Source of the DNA: Octopus vulgaris
Taxonomy: Eukaryota
Direction: 5' to 3'
Assembly (NCBI GenBank): GCA_951406725.2
Contig: OX597822.1
Span: 69,440,001 to 69,504,000, forward strand
DNA length: 64,000 nt
Position 1 is the first letter of the stretch, and each line of letters opens with the position of its first letter. Below the pieces are notes generated by a model, which saw nothing but the letters and a program-made list of their open reading frames with translations, was not told the origin of the DNA and made no database searches. A program made the translations under genes and the position numbers. Below, in pieces: positions 1-12,924 of the stretch.

Positions 1-712
1 AGTGTCTTCTGCAATAACCGCGGGCCGAGCAAAGACTTGCGAGTGGATTTGGTAGACGGAAACTGAAAGAAGCCCGTCGTATATATATCTACATGCATAT
101 GTGTCTTTGTGTCGGTATTTTTTCCCAACAACCGCTTGACTACCGATACTGATGTGTTTACATGCCCATAGCTTAGTGGTTCGGCAAAATAAATCGACAG
201 AATGAGTACAAGCTTTAAAAAAAAACATAAGTACTGGGACCTTTTTTAGTTCAACTGAGATTTTTCAAGTAAAAGATAAAAGATAAAGATATACATAAAT
301 ATGAGTAGGTTATGTTCTCACAAAGGATAGGTTCGGAAGGACATTTTGTGTATTTCAAAAGAACTAATCCTAAACACACCTTTTTGATGTACAAAAGTAT
401 AGATTCATACAAGAAGGCATATAGTCATCTTCTTTTCTTTGCCAGTTGCTTTTCTTTACTTCTTTCTCAAAATACTTATAAAATGCCTCGCTATCTACCT
501 AGCTCTAAATATTCTCTGTAATATAATGCAGTAAAGTGCTTCCTGACGACCCGTTGTGGTTAAGCATCTAAACGCACTTAGAGTATCTAATGCAGGGATC
601 CAAACAACCACGACGGTGAAAAGTACGTAGGAACTAACAGTATGGACTAATAATATGTACTTGGCATACCCCAGTGAACAGTCTCCTTCTCGTTATATAA
701 GTTAAATATTAA

Positions 713-930
713 AGCGGCGAGCAGACAGAATCGTTAGCACGCCAGGTGAAATACTTAGCAGCATGTCATCCGCCGCTACGCTCTGAGTTCAAATTCTGCC
801 GAGATCGATTTCACCTTTCATCCTTTCGGGGGTCAAGAAAAAAAGTATCAGTCGAGTATTAGAGTCGATGTAATCGACCATCCCCCACCCCCAATTTCAG
901 GCCTTGTGCCTATAGTAGAAAGGATTATAT
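713..930 (+). mobile_element. tRNA-derived SINE family 1 (GGCGGCGAGCTGGCAGAA head; GCCTTTCATCCTTTCGGGGTCGATAA core)
   Basis: Representative copy. Others at about 1838-2320 (tandem pair), 3293-3665, 4523-4695, 8690-8890(-), 12755-12920, 19187-19405, 20255-20430, 25635-25850, 26825-27025(-), 34065-34290, 36760-36920(-), 46795-47005(-). Confidence 0.85.
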
Positions 931-983
931 AAGTTAAATACCTGAATACTTTAAATATCAAAATCTTCACTTCAAAATATGTT

Positions 984-1184
984 ACTCTTTTACTTGTTTC
1001 AGCCATTTGACTGCGACCAAGCTGGAGCACCGCCTTTAGTCGAGCAAATCGACCCCAGTACTTATTCTTTGGAAGCCTAGTACTTATTCTATCGGTCTCT
1101 TTTGCCAAACCGCTAAGTTATGGGGACGTAAACACACCAGCATCGGTTTCAAGCGATGTTGGGGGGACAAACACACACACACAA

Positions 1185-1247
<63 letters not shown>

Positions 1248-1391
1248 TACGACGGGCTTCTTTCAGTTCCCGTCTACCAAATCCACTCACAAGGCTTTGG
1301 TCGGCCCGAGGCTATAGTTAAAGACACTTGCCCAAAGTGCCACGCAGTGGGACTGGACCCGGAACCAAGCTACTTACCACACAGCCACTTC
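984..1391 (-). mobile_element. tRNA-derived SINE family 2 with internal (TA)n(TG)n microsatellite
   Basis: A-box TGGCTGTGTGG and B-box GGTTCAGTCCC in fuller copies, ACCTTGGGCAAGT core, 3' end GACTGAAACAAGTAAAAG. Partial copies at about 1-290(+), 23648-23812(-), 27400-27600(-), 32765-32970(-), 51160-51340(-). Confidence 0.85.
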
Positions 1392-1819
1392 AGAAGAATA
1401 CATATATTCACCAACGATTTTCCTACAATTATTAATTTTTCGCTTTTCATTTTATGACTAGATTTTATTAAAATTCTCTAGAAAATTGCAGTTTCAATCC
1501 TATGCATTGCTGATGGAATCGGTGCATGAACAATTATCAATTTCAATCATAGCGTTTCAACAAATCAATAATAAATCCTGGTTATAACTATTCAAAAGTT
1601 ATTTTCTCGTAACTTGATACATTCCTTTCAGTTCAGAAGTTTATTTATATTGGTAGTGTGATTAGATATTTTAAAGCGAATATTTTCATAATAAATATTT
1701 GCATTTTAATCTATAGAAGTTTTTTTTTTCAATTGTGACCTTTAGGTCACAAACTTAATTCCAATAAAGTCTGAGTTACATCTATCGTGACACCACCAAC
1801 AACGAATATTTTCATAGAT

Positions 1820-2336
1820 GGTACTGGAGCTTGAGAAAGGCGGCGAGCTGGTAGGTACGTTAGCACGCCGGGCGAAATGCTTTGCGGTATTTCATCTGCC
1901 GCTACGTTCTGAGTTCAAATTCCGCCGAGGTCGACTTTGCCTTTCATCCTTTCGGGGTCGATAAATTAAGTACCAGTTACGCATTGGGGCCGATATAATC
2001 GACTTAATCTGTTTGTCCGTCCTTGTTTGTCCTCTCTGTGTTTAGCCCCTTGTGGGTAGTAAAGAAATAGGCATTGGAGTTTGAGAAAGGCGGCGAACTG
2101 ACAGAAACGTTAGCACGCCGGGCGAAATGCTTTGCGGTATTTCATCTGCCGCTACGTTCTGAGTTCAAATTCCGCCGAGGTCGACTTTGCCTTTCATCCA
2201 TTCGGGGTCAATAAATTAAGTACCAGTTACGCATTGGGGCCGATATAACCGACTTAATCTGTTTGTCTGTCCTTTTTTGTCCTCTCTGTGTTTAGCTCCT
2301 TGTGGGTAGTAAAGAAATAGGTATTGGAGCTTGAAA
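1820..2336 (+). repeat. Tandem duplication of a SINE family 1 copy, period 250 bp
   Basis: Two near-identical units. The flank GG(T/C)A(C/T)TGGAG(C/T)TTGA occurs three times, at 1820, 2070 and 2320. Confidence 0.9.
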
Positions 2337-2339
2337 ATT

Positions 2340-4450
2340 GATGCCTATTATCTTAATTCTGCATTTAGCTCTGATTCAAGGATTAACCTAATGCATCTAA
2401 ACCGTTTTTCTTTCAATTACTTGTTCAGATAATTAATTCCTAACTGTTGATAAATCTGTAATTGGTTTAATTCTCTTCTGCGATAATTTATCTCACATGT
2501 TATTAGCGTTTTTAATTTATTTTCCTCTCTTCAAGGCTGTTATGGACCATATTCTTACACGAATCGAATTTCAATCCATTCCACTATTAATTAGTAAACT
2601 ATCTACAGCTCGTGAAGGTGCATGGCTCAGTGGTTAGAGTGTCGAGCTTACGATCGTGAGGTTGTGAGTTCGATACCCGGTCCGTACTGCGTGTTGTGCT
2701 CTGGAGCAAGACACTTTATTTCACGTTGCTCCAGTTAACTCAGCTGTAGAAATGAGTTGCGACATCACTGGTGCCAAGCTGTATCGGCCTTTGCCTTTCT
2801 CTTGGATAACATCAGTGGTGTGAAGAGGGGAGGCTGGTATGCATGGGCGACTGCTGGCCTTCCATAAACAACCTTGCCCGGACTTCTACCTCGAAGGGTT
2901 ACTTTCTAGTTGCAATCCCATGTTCACTCATGACCGAAGAGGGTCTCCCATCTACAGCAGGATTTCAAGTCGTTTATTATCGACAGCATTCAACTTGAAA
3001 TTGTCTATATATAAAAGATGATTGACTGTTCTCCCAAAACATTTGCATTCAAGTTCAGTAAAGTATAACATGAATAAGAGGGGAGAGCAGATATACCCTT
3101 GGGATATTCCTATTCTCATAGGAATGTGATTTGTCTTTAGAACTTCCTCTTATGTTGGTATTTTCGGATTTATGATATACTTACTGCATCCGTTTATTAT
3201 TGGTTCTATAGTTTTGTTTCTCATATTGACATGTTGGCAACACGACAACATCGTTCTTGTTGTAAGTCTATTTAATATTTAAACTCTACTTAAGGCGGCG
3301 AGCTGGCAGAATCGTTAGCACGCCGGGCAAAATGCCGTTATGTTCTGAGTTCAAACTCCGCCGAGGTCGACTTTGCTTTTCATCCTTTCGGTGTCGGCAA
3401 ATTAAATACCAGTTGCGTATTGGCGTCGATCTAATCGACTGGCCCTCTCCCCCAAAATTTCGGGCCTTATGCCTGGAGTAAAAAAGAATCGTTAACACGC
3501 CGGGCAAAATGTCTAGTAGCATTTTGTCCGGCTTCCCGTTCTGAGTTCAAATTCCGCCTTTTCTTCATTCGGAGTCGATAAAATAAGTAGCAGTTGAGCA
3601 CTGTGGTCGATGTAATTGACTCACATCCTCCCCTAAACTTGCTGGCCTAGTGCCAATATTTAAACAGTACTTTCTCTTTCTACTGTCTTTCACTAATTGT
3701 TAATTGATTGTTTTCTCTTTGTATGCCATTCACTTGCTTTTCTACTTACGTCAATACGTTGTTAAATATGTTTACCATCATTTCAGCATGTCTATTAAAC
3801 AAATCAAGTAGAAGTATTGGATTATATCATTTCCAGATGCCTTAAGTTGTTCGTTTTTTAGTGGCGTCTGGATTGAAATTCTTTGGCTGTTACGGTCTCC
3901 CACAGCTGTTCGTTATTTTGAACACTTTTTCTCTCGTAAAATTTCTCTAAATTCTATATTTATACATCACTTTTTCTTGGTGATGCATTGATTACTGATA
4001 TATTTTTAACCTATTTATTCCTAAAAATTGTTTTGAAGTCGAAGTGTTTGTTGTGTTCGAATATTCGCTGTCGTTTTTCATATCGACGGATTTATCGTTG
4101 TTTAGCAAGATCTTTCGTTTCAAGTGTTCTTTCCTTTCGGCTGCATCTTGATTTTTATTCTTTTTCCTATTTATATTTCCGTAGCAACTGTCTCTCCACT
4201 TTTGTTTTTTCTTTTCAACGACTGAGATATTTTTTCCTTTCATTTCCCATATCTTCCTGCATGCTTGTTTACCACGATACTTGCTTGTAATTTTATATTC
4301 CCACATGAGATGATCTCAGGGAATACCTTTTTGTCTTTCTAGCCACTGTTGTTTCTGGATATATTGATTTACTTTGTTTTTTGTACTTGGCTTGCAAGGT
4401 TCTTGATGTGAACTCGTGTATTGAAACATATTTTGCGGTATCTCAGGAAG
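2340..4450 (-). mobile_element. Old, degenerate non-LTR retrotransposon RT remnants interrupted by SINEs
   Basis: Minus strand near 3065-3145 reads VLKTNHIPMRIGISQGYICSPLLFMLY (RT G.xQG...SPLLF motif). ORF 3992-4306 probably belongs to the same element. Boundaries uncertain. Confidence 0.5.
2610..2949 (+). mobile_element. tRNA-derived SINE family 4 with 9-bp TSD
   Basis: A-box TGGCTCAGTGG, B-box GTTCGATACC; TSD ATCTACAGC at 2601-2609 and 2950-2958. Related heads at 21915-22224(-) and 30826-31075(+). Confidence 0.85.
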
Positions 4451-4467
4451 GTCATTAGGCCAATAAT

Positions 4468-4975
4468 AAACAGACACATTGGTCCTGTTTCATTTCTTTT
4501 GTTATTATAACTCAACTAGTTAGCAGTATTTTGCCTGTCTTTATGTTCTGAGATCAAATTCCGCCGAGGTCGACTTCGCTTTTCATCCTTTCGGGGTCCA
4601 TAAATTAAGTACCAGTTGCGTATTGGGGTCGATCTAATCGACTGGCCCCCTCACCCAAAGTATCGGGCCTTGTGCTTAGAGTAGAAAATATTATTACTCA
4701 ACTAGTTAATCATTTAACCAATTAACTTATCGATTATATGATTAATCGTTCGGTCAATCAACTAGGTTCATCAGTCTTTCGTCACCATTCACGACCTCAT
4801 CAATAACATGTCCCTATGCTTCAGCTTTCCTTCGAAAGAATACCGACGAACCTAGCTGATTGTTTGATTGACTGAGCGAGTAATAAACCAAGCAATCGAT
4901 TAGTTAAATGGTTAAATGACTAACTGTTTCATTATTAATAATAAGAGAAGTGAAATAGAACTAGTGCGTATGTTT
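4468..4975. mobile_element. Fold-back/MITE-like element with long imperfect inverted arms, interrupted by a SINE
   Basis: 4468-4522 plus 4705-4781 is the diverged reverse complement of about 4833-4975. The SINE at 4523-4695 carries TSD ACTCAACTAGTTA (4510-4522 and 4696-4708). Confidence 0.65.
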
Positions 4976-5470
4976 AATACAAAATGACCCTCCGAACACA
5001 ACAAAATATTTGGTCTGTTTTAGTTTGTGTTTGTTGCTATTAGTTTTACTATGGTTTGACCTGGGTTTTCTACTGTTGGTGTATTTTATAAATAAACGTT
5101 ATCCTTCGGTGTGTGTCTGAATGGTATTTCTTACGCCCGTAGCAATACATTATATCGATTTTAGCTGTTTATTTTCATGTAAAGACTATAATCATTTTCA
5201 TAATTTTCACATTTAGAATGTTCTATTATCAAATCTTTTTTTTTATCCATCTACTTTTCCTTGGTTTTGCATTTACTGTATGGATCATGGTTGTTTGCGT
5301 CTTTGTTGCGTTTATACTTCGTTCGTTTTCTGTATTTATCATTTCCTCTTTCTTTTAAGTGTTCTATTTCTCTGCTGTTTTATATTTTGAGAAAGTCTTC
5401 TTAAGTTAGCTAATCTATTGCGATGTAATAGATTCATCCCCACCTCCCTCGAGCTACTCTTATGCCAAAA

Positions 5471-5544
<74 letters not shown>

Positions 5545-5589
5545 CATCATCATCATCATTATTATTATTATTATTATTATTATTGTTAT

Positions 5590-6145
5590 TGAGTGAGAGA
5601 GCAGTGCATGCCATCAAAGTGACACTGGGGTAAAATATACGAAGCCCAGTACACCCATCATGACTACCCGTCTGATAAGGGTACACCAGGCACATGTATC
5701 ACAACCATATGTGCGCGACATGGTGATCTCATATCAAGATAAACAGCGCATGACCTTGCAGGTGGTGCCCAGTTAGAATTTTCTTCCGGTCGAGTAGCCC
5801 ATCCCGCTCAAAACGTCCCTGAATAAGGGTTGTTTAAGGATGTTGAAATAAACACCCATGTTTCCAGAGGTGAATTATTCAAACCTCACAAGAATTATTT
5901 TCAACACATGGCTATGATGCTCCCCCACTACTTCTGCTCGTGATCAGAAATGCACATATCGCCAGCCACTAAGGGACATGCTCAACTGGTTAAGGTCAAA
6001 CAACTGACAAGCAAATCTGTGCTATTGAGCAGAATATTTGCTGTAGCCCATCTTTTATATCAAGACAAAACAAAGTACATGATAACACATCCAATCTGTT
6101 AAGATCAGGAGGCATAAGAGCCACTGTCTGATACTGCATCAGGGC

Positions 6146-6148
<3 letters not shown>
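5590..6148. repeat. Unclassified ~560-bp element flanked on both sides by (TTA)n
   Basis: Sharp boundaries between (TTA)n tracts, higher GC than the flanks, no convincing ORF; next to an R4/Dong 3' end. Confidence 0.45.
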
Positions 6149-6212
<64 letters not shown>

Positions 6213-6215
<3 letters not shown>

Positions 6216-6764
6216 TAGTTTTATTTTTATAGCGTGCTTTCACTTCACTACCGAGCACAGCTCTGTGTGCCTTGGATATGTGCTGTGATTTGTTGTGATA
6301 CTCTGATGGTTATTGTATGGAAAGTGTTCTGCGTAGGATGTGTGCAGTGCCTAGTAGTGCAATTTTCTGTATGTTATATGTGTTTGTAAGTCATGGTGTT
6401 TTTGTTATGTATTTGTCTGAATATTTTTTTATCATGCCTAATGCACCTACTATGATAGGAATTGTTTCTGTTTTTAGATTCCACATTCTGGTTACCTCTA
6501 TTTCCAGGTCTTTATATTTTGAGAGTTTCTCCATTTCTTTTAGAGACACGTTGTCATCCGCTGGTATTGATACATCAATTAGAAAGCATTTTTTTCTTCA
6601 TGATCTCTGACAACTATATCTGGTCTGTTGGCCTTAATTTCTCTATCTGTGTGTATCGGCATATCCCAGAGTATGGTTGCCTTCTCGTTTTCTGTGACCT
6701 TTTCTGGTGTGTGCCTATACCATCTTTTTTCTGTTGTTATTCCATAATGTTGGCATTGCTTCCA

Positions 6765-6765
<1 letters not shown>
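6213..6765 (-). mobile_element. R4/Dong-type LINE 3' end (restriction-like endonuclease) in (TAA)n
   Basis: Minus strand reads RPDIVVRDHEEKKCFLIDVSIPADDNVSLKEMEKLSKYKDL...IVGALG...LLGTAHILR (PD..D REL motif). (TAA)n on both sides. Same family as 18317-18823. Confidence 0.88.
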
Positions 6766-6821
<56 letters not shown>

Positions 6822-7383
6822 CCAATAGTTTCATGATAATTTTTATTTCACATGAGTAGAATTGGGGTTTCAATATGTTTAACATTGTTGTGCATTGTCG
6901 ACCGGTTTGTTTTTCTGTTTCTGGAGTTATTTTGGTGTTTTGTTGTACAGATTATGTTGTGTAATATATATATATATAAGTATATATATAAGTACGTGAT
7001 GTGCGAGTTATGTTGTATTATGGGTATATAGCAATTGTGTAGAAGTTTTTCGTTGGGTGCGGATTGTATCATAACGATAGTTATTATTGTTTGAAGATTG
7101 TATAGAGCATGTGTTACATTAGTTATAGAAAAATATTCCACCTGAGTTGTGAGAATAAGTATTACGTGGGATGTGGGCGGTACCTCAGTAGGGTGTGTTT
7201 TAGCTATATCTAAATGTTTAAGCACTGGTATGTTTTACTTTCATATAAAGCTTCCTTTTACCTGGATTGTAGTTAAAATTTCTATGCTTGCTCATACTCA
7301 TAGAAATCGGTCTTTTCTTTGCGTTCCTTTATCGCATTGTTGTTGTTGCTGCTGCTGTTATTATTATTATTATTATTATTATT

Positions 7384-7433
<50 letters not shown>

Positions 7434-7434
7434 T

Positions 7435-8530
7435 CATTTGTAACACAGTGTAGGTAGAAATGCACAGGAGTCTTTAGTTATCTGTCAAGTCACAACAAGG
7501 ACTTCAGACAGAAAATATTTTCCTTAAGGTGTGCGCTGTGCCCAATAAGGTTACTTTTTGCAAGACATCAATCTTGCATGGGATTTCCAGTTGCTTTAAG
7601 AAGTCTTGAAGTTTCAATGGAATTGAGCCCAACGCTCCGATCACCATTGGTATCACTTTTACATTACCCTTTCGCATTCCATGCAGTCTTGCCATTTCCA
7701 CTTTCAATTCGGAGTACTTGGTGATTTTTTCAACCTCTTTACTAACAACATCCATGTCATTTGGTCTGGCTACAGCAATGATCTGACAGTATTTGTTTTT
7801 TTTATTCAATATGACAATATCCGGCCTACAGTTTTCGATTACACGATCCGTCTGAAAATCTTAGTCTCAGAGAATCGTCACTTTTCCATCCTCCTGCTTA
7901 ACTTTACATGGTACATGCTCATACACTTCTCTGTTACTTCACATGGGTATTTACAGCATAAGAGCCAATGAAGATACACCCATACTTTATCGTGGCGGTG
8001 TTTGTATTCTTTTTTTGCAAAGCTCTCACATCCAAGTGGTCACATTTCCACACTCCTTCCACAGATTCTGCATTTCTGGGTGCCAGAAGTTTTATAGATG
8101 TTATACTTCACTGAATTGGTAGCGAGAGCCTGGTCTCGGGCAGCAATGATCGAGCTTTCTGTAGTACGCTTCAAATCACCTCGCTCAAGTCATACCCACG
8201 ATGCTGTATTATCCGTAACGTCCTGTGTATTCCTTTCAAACTGTCCATCCATTCTCATTTCAAGAAGGTCTTCTTCTCTATTCTCCTCAGCTCTTTGGTT
8301 AAACTCTTCCTTGCCCACCATTTCATCTGCATTTACACTCTTATCTTTCGCGGTATATTGCAGCTGGTCTTCATCACTATTTATCAAACACTCGGCAAGC
8401 GTTCTCATTTCACTCCTTATACAATGATCTATACCAATTAGTCCTCATTCACCATTCTTTCTCTTCATATACAGTCTGTTTATGTTCGCTTTAGAGTGTA
8501 GCGCCGCATGCAGCGTCATCAACTTTCTCG
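7435..8530 (-). mobile_element. R4/Dong-type LINE 3' fragment, second family
   Basis: Remnant zinc knuckle (CRIC, KEYKHRHDK, LHW), RPDIV, and KITKYSEL...VIGALGSIP...LLGTAHTLR; (ATG)n/(TAA)n tail at about 7360-7430. Confidence 0.85.
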
Positions 8531-10233
8531 TCCTTCAATCCGGCGTTGATATTTTCTCCTTAATCCATTTGAGGATGGACTCACTATATCTGGTCTACCA
8601 GAATACTTTATTGACTAATCTCAAGTTAGAATACTGCTTAAACCCGAAGTCCTCCCGTGGTTTAGCGTTTGGACATAAATAAAATATTCTTATCTACTCT
8701 AGGTATAAGGCCCGAAATTTTGGGGAAGGGGCCAGTCGATTAGTTCGACCTCAGTACGCAACTGGTACTTAATTTATCGATCCCGAAAGGATGAAAGGCA
8801 AAGTCGACCACAGCGGAATTTGAACTCAGAACGTAAAGAAAGACGGCTAAACATTTCACTCGGCGTGCTAACATTTCTGCCAACTTGCAGCCTTGACATA
8901 CATAAAATATTGTTTCTTTTATTGTTACTGTTTTCTTTGCATATTCCTCGGGTAGTACTATTTTTAGCTTCAATTCATACCTCATTTCCTGTGCTTCTAT
9001 GCACATGCAGTATCACTAAGTTGTTTTTTTTTTCATAATTGTTGCAGGTTTAATTGTTGATATAATACAGCTTCTATATATATACAACTTGAAAAACTCG
9101 AACAAACGATAAAATCTAAAAAGTTACTTTGATCATTCTTGCGTAGTCGCATAAAATTTGCAGATCCAAAACATATTTGTATGCTCATATTCACACTTTT
9201 GCAAGTCACGCGTCGTGAGAACATTGGTTTCTTTATATATGGAATATAGTTTATATTTATAGAATCTGAATAAAATATAAAGTAAAAACCGAATAAGTTT
9301 TGTATCAGCATTATTATTCTGTTTAATATTTATCGTTTGAACTTTTAGATTTACAAATATAAAACATAAATATCTACGGGCGTTTTGATAGTGCTCAAAA
9401 AATCATAACTTGACAATAGAAATAATACGAAATCAAGTTCATAATATTCCTAAGTTATTGTTTCCATAGACACATTTCAGTTCTTACAAGTACTGTCCAT
9501 TTATCTCACGAATGTTTAGTATAGTTAAAAGCCCTCAACTTTAATTATTTTCCTTCTGTTCTTGTGTTACTGGTTTCGGTCACTGTGCTGCTGCCATGGT
9601 GGGGCGATTGCATTTGACAACAATACTTTTAACTTGCTATTTACTTCATCGTTCTGGTAAAATACGATAATGCAAACGGGGCATAGACATAAAAGGGAGG
9701 TCATTTACTCGACATTAATACTGCAAGGTTTCCTCCTAACTCTGGTATACATACATACATACATAAATGCACATATACACATACACACACACATACATAC
9801 ATACACACACATACATACACACACATATATATACACATACACATACATACAACGCACTTACTTAAGCCCCTCGTTCACTATGGAGTATAAACCATTGACG
9901 ACTTTTCTCTACTGTTTCTGACCCTGGTCTGCCTTTTCTGCTTCTCTCCAGATAGATCTCTTCTTTTTCGACTCTGTTTTTATGTTCAGTTAAAAACAAT
10001 ATTTCATTAATGTGGTGGGTTACTCTATACCTTCGTAGAGTACATAACCATCTTTTTTATGCTTTACAACCTCCATTTTCACTTTTTAAACTTAAGTACT
10101 TCATCAAACATTGCCAAACCCCAAAAGACAAGCTCTGCAAGTACCCTAGAATACGCGACGCGCGTTTGTGTGCGCATATGTGTATGTGTATGAGTGTGTA
10201 TAAACATGTATGTATTATTTTATCTTTTAACAG

Positions 10234-10413
10234 ATCATTGTCATATCGAGTGTGGTAACCTACGAACCGTTGGAATATATAAGCTCCCAATACCATTACA
10301 TCTACCCTCTCCATGCTAATGTTATCGGTTGGCTAATCGCAGGAGCATCGATGGCATTCATCCCAGCTATGGCAATTTATCAAATGACCAAATATGAAGG
10401 GACATTTAAAGAG
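10234..10413 (+). CDS. SLC6 sodium-dependent monoamine transporter (noradrenaline/dopamine/octopamine transporter-like), internal exon covering the end of TM11 and TM12
   Basis: Acceptor ttttaacag|ATC, donor GAG|gtgagt; 180 nt, phase 0-0. Translates IIVISSVVTYEPLEYISSQYHYIYPLHANVIGWLIAGASMAFIPAMAIYQMTKYEGTFKE, matching the SLC6 pattern Y-x-YP-x-x-A-x-x-IGW...S-x-x-x-IP. No upstream exons were found in 1-10233, so they probably lie left of the window. Confidence 0.93.
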
Positions 10414-10464
10414 GTGAGTATCATTTCTATTTCTTATGGTATTTTTCTTATTTTTTTTACTTAT

Positions 10465-10761
10465 TGTTTTGATTGTTCCTTCTCGAGCCACGCCTGGTTC
10501 ATAGGGCCGGTTTCCCGGTTTCCTTGGCATATAGGTTCCTCACCTGGACGGGACGCCGGTCCGTAGCAAGATGCAGGAGGAAAGAATGAGAGAACGTTGT
10601 GACGAAAGAGTCAGCAGAAGTTCGCCATTACCTTCTGCCGGAGCTGCGTGGAGTTTAGGTGTTTCGATCATAAACACACACATCGTCCGGTTTGAGATTC
10701 GAATCCGCGATCCCTCGACCGTGAGTCCGCTGCTCTAACCACTAGGCCATGTGCCTCCACA
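10465..10761 (-). mobile_element. tRNA-derived SINE family 3
   Basis: Head GGAGGCACATGGCCTAGTGGTTAGAGCAGCGGACTC...GATTCGAATC (A and B boxes). Related copies at 22498-22780(+) and about 50450-50632(-). Confidence 0.8.
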
Positions 10762-11586
10762 TTTTTTTTTACTTGTTTTAATTAAATTTTTACTGAGCTC
10801 ATTGTCACCATTGTAGTCCATTCTGGGTGACAGTAACTGAAGAGATGACAAAAAAATATATATGTAGTCTTGAAAGTTAAGTATAGACATACAAGTCCTA
10901 ATGGACTATACAAGAACTATTCTGGAGCTTTGCTTCGTCGGGGGTACGAAAGCAAAGGTAATGCTATATGTGTAACAGTAAAAGCAAGTCGAGAGTTTGT
11001 TTCCCAGAAAAACTAGAGAGAGAGAGAGAGAAAGACAGACAGACAGACAGACTGAGAGGCAGACAGTACCATCGTTATCAACAGGCTCCGAATGTTCCTG
11101 TTTCAACAGCACCACTGGCTGAAACTCTGAGAATCGTCGAAAAACTCGCATCGCCCTCAGAAACTGGTAAAACTTCTTACCAGTGCGTCAACAACCGAAT
11201 GTGACTGGGGAGGAGAGGAGGGATAATTTCTTGGCTGGTTCCTGAAAATCAAGACAAAGCGGTTCACTTCAAAGTTTCCAGAGTGGCGACCGAAGCCTCT
11301 TTAGGAGCAACAGCTTCCGTGGTTTGTTACTGTGGATTTCCCCCTTTCAAACCCTCTGGACAGAAATATGTAAAATGATTTTCATTGGCGCATGTGTTGC
11401 AGCTGGATTTTCCGCTACTCATGCCAGCATGGACAACAGATGTTAAATGATGATGATAATGAAAGTATGCTATGATAGGAAGAAAACTTTCCTTAACGTC
11501 ATGCAAAACGGTTTGACTTGAAATCATGCAATTTCAAAAAACAAACTTCTCAGCTACGCTGCATGTATTTAACTGGTACTTTGGAT

Positions 11587-11670
<84 letters not shown>

Positions 11671-11866
11671 AATTGAGGGTAAGAAATTAGATATTAATTT
11701 AATTAACATCGATTTCACACCAGTGGTCTAGCATATAAAAAAAACTGAAGCTTCAGTAAAATTGTATTATATACATATTAGAGGGAAACCACTATGTGGA
11801 CACCCTTATATTAGAGTGGATCTATTTTTAGCATAAGGGTGTCTACATAGTGGCTTCCATCTAATA

Positions 11867-11974
<108 letters not shown>

Positions 11975-12924
11975 ACTTTTAAGTTTATCTCTATAGGTTT
12001 TCTAAAGAATTCGGAACCAGCACTGCAAGTTGCAATGCTTTGCATAAGAAACATAACTTGTGATGCTGGCTCTGAATTCTATAGAAAATCTATAGAGACA
12101 AACGTAAAGGTGAGAACTTTGCACTGCTAACAAAAAAATATGACGCAATATTGACTTGCAAGCCTTTCATATACTTGGTAATATATTATGGTTGCAAAGG
12201 GAAATACTGTGTCCTTGCTCACAATTTATATATTATCAACCTTAGCAGAAAGTGTAGGTTTTAATTATATACTGCAGGGCTATGTCTTTCTTCTCAGTAT
12301 CTACTATAGTACAAAACTTGTCTTGTGCAAAAGATTTTTTGTGATTTCTTGGTGACTTCATATCGAACGATACGTCGAACCTAACTTCCTGCGTATATTG
12401 CATCGCGAAAGTAGTTACGAGTCAAGAGTAGATGTAGTGACAGTGATACTCGACTTTCGAGTGTGACCAGTTTATGGGGAGCCGTGTCTCGTACTATTTG
12501 AGCTTGTCCTTTCACCTTCTCAGTTTTAAAGATGGTGTATATCATCCTGTATCTATCTCCTACCTCTCCCAGTGAAAACGAACATAATATAGTTTTACAA
12601 AGTATGTGAATGTTATTAATGTTGATGCTATTTTATTGATAAGCATATTGTCTGCAATGTTACTTTTTTAATGAGATGCAACTGATATGTATGTTCAGTA
12701 GTATTTGTTACAAGATTCATCATTGGAAAAGTATTTATTTATCACACCTAACCAAGGCGGTGAGCTGGCAGAACATTTAGCACGCCGGGTAAACTTCTTA
12801 GCAGCTATTCGCCCATCTTTACCTTCTCAGTTCAAAGTGCGCCGAAATCGAGGGTTCAAAGAAACCGACTAGTCCTCTCCCACAAAATTTCGGGCCTTGC
12901 GTTTATAGTAGAAAGGATATATTA

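Noticed and set aside
2611-2690. tRNA genes at SINE heads (also 22498, 30826, 37000)
   Set aside because: A and B boxes run directly into repeated SINE bodies, some with TSDs; no complete cloverleaf with acceptor stem.
10414-10566. Extensions of ORF-track entries beyond splice sites (10252-10566, 33149-33919, 51938-52537, 53265-53810)
   Set aside because: Similarity stops at GT/AG boundaries; the extensions are intron read-through.
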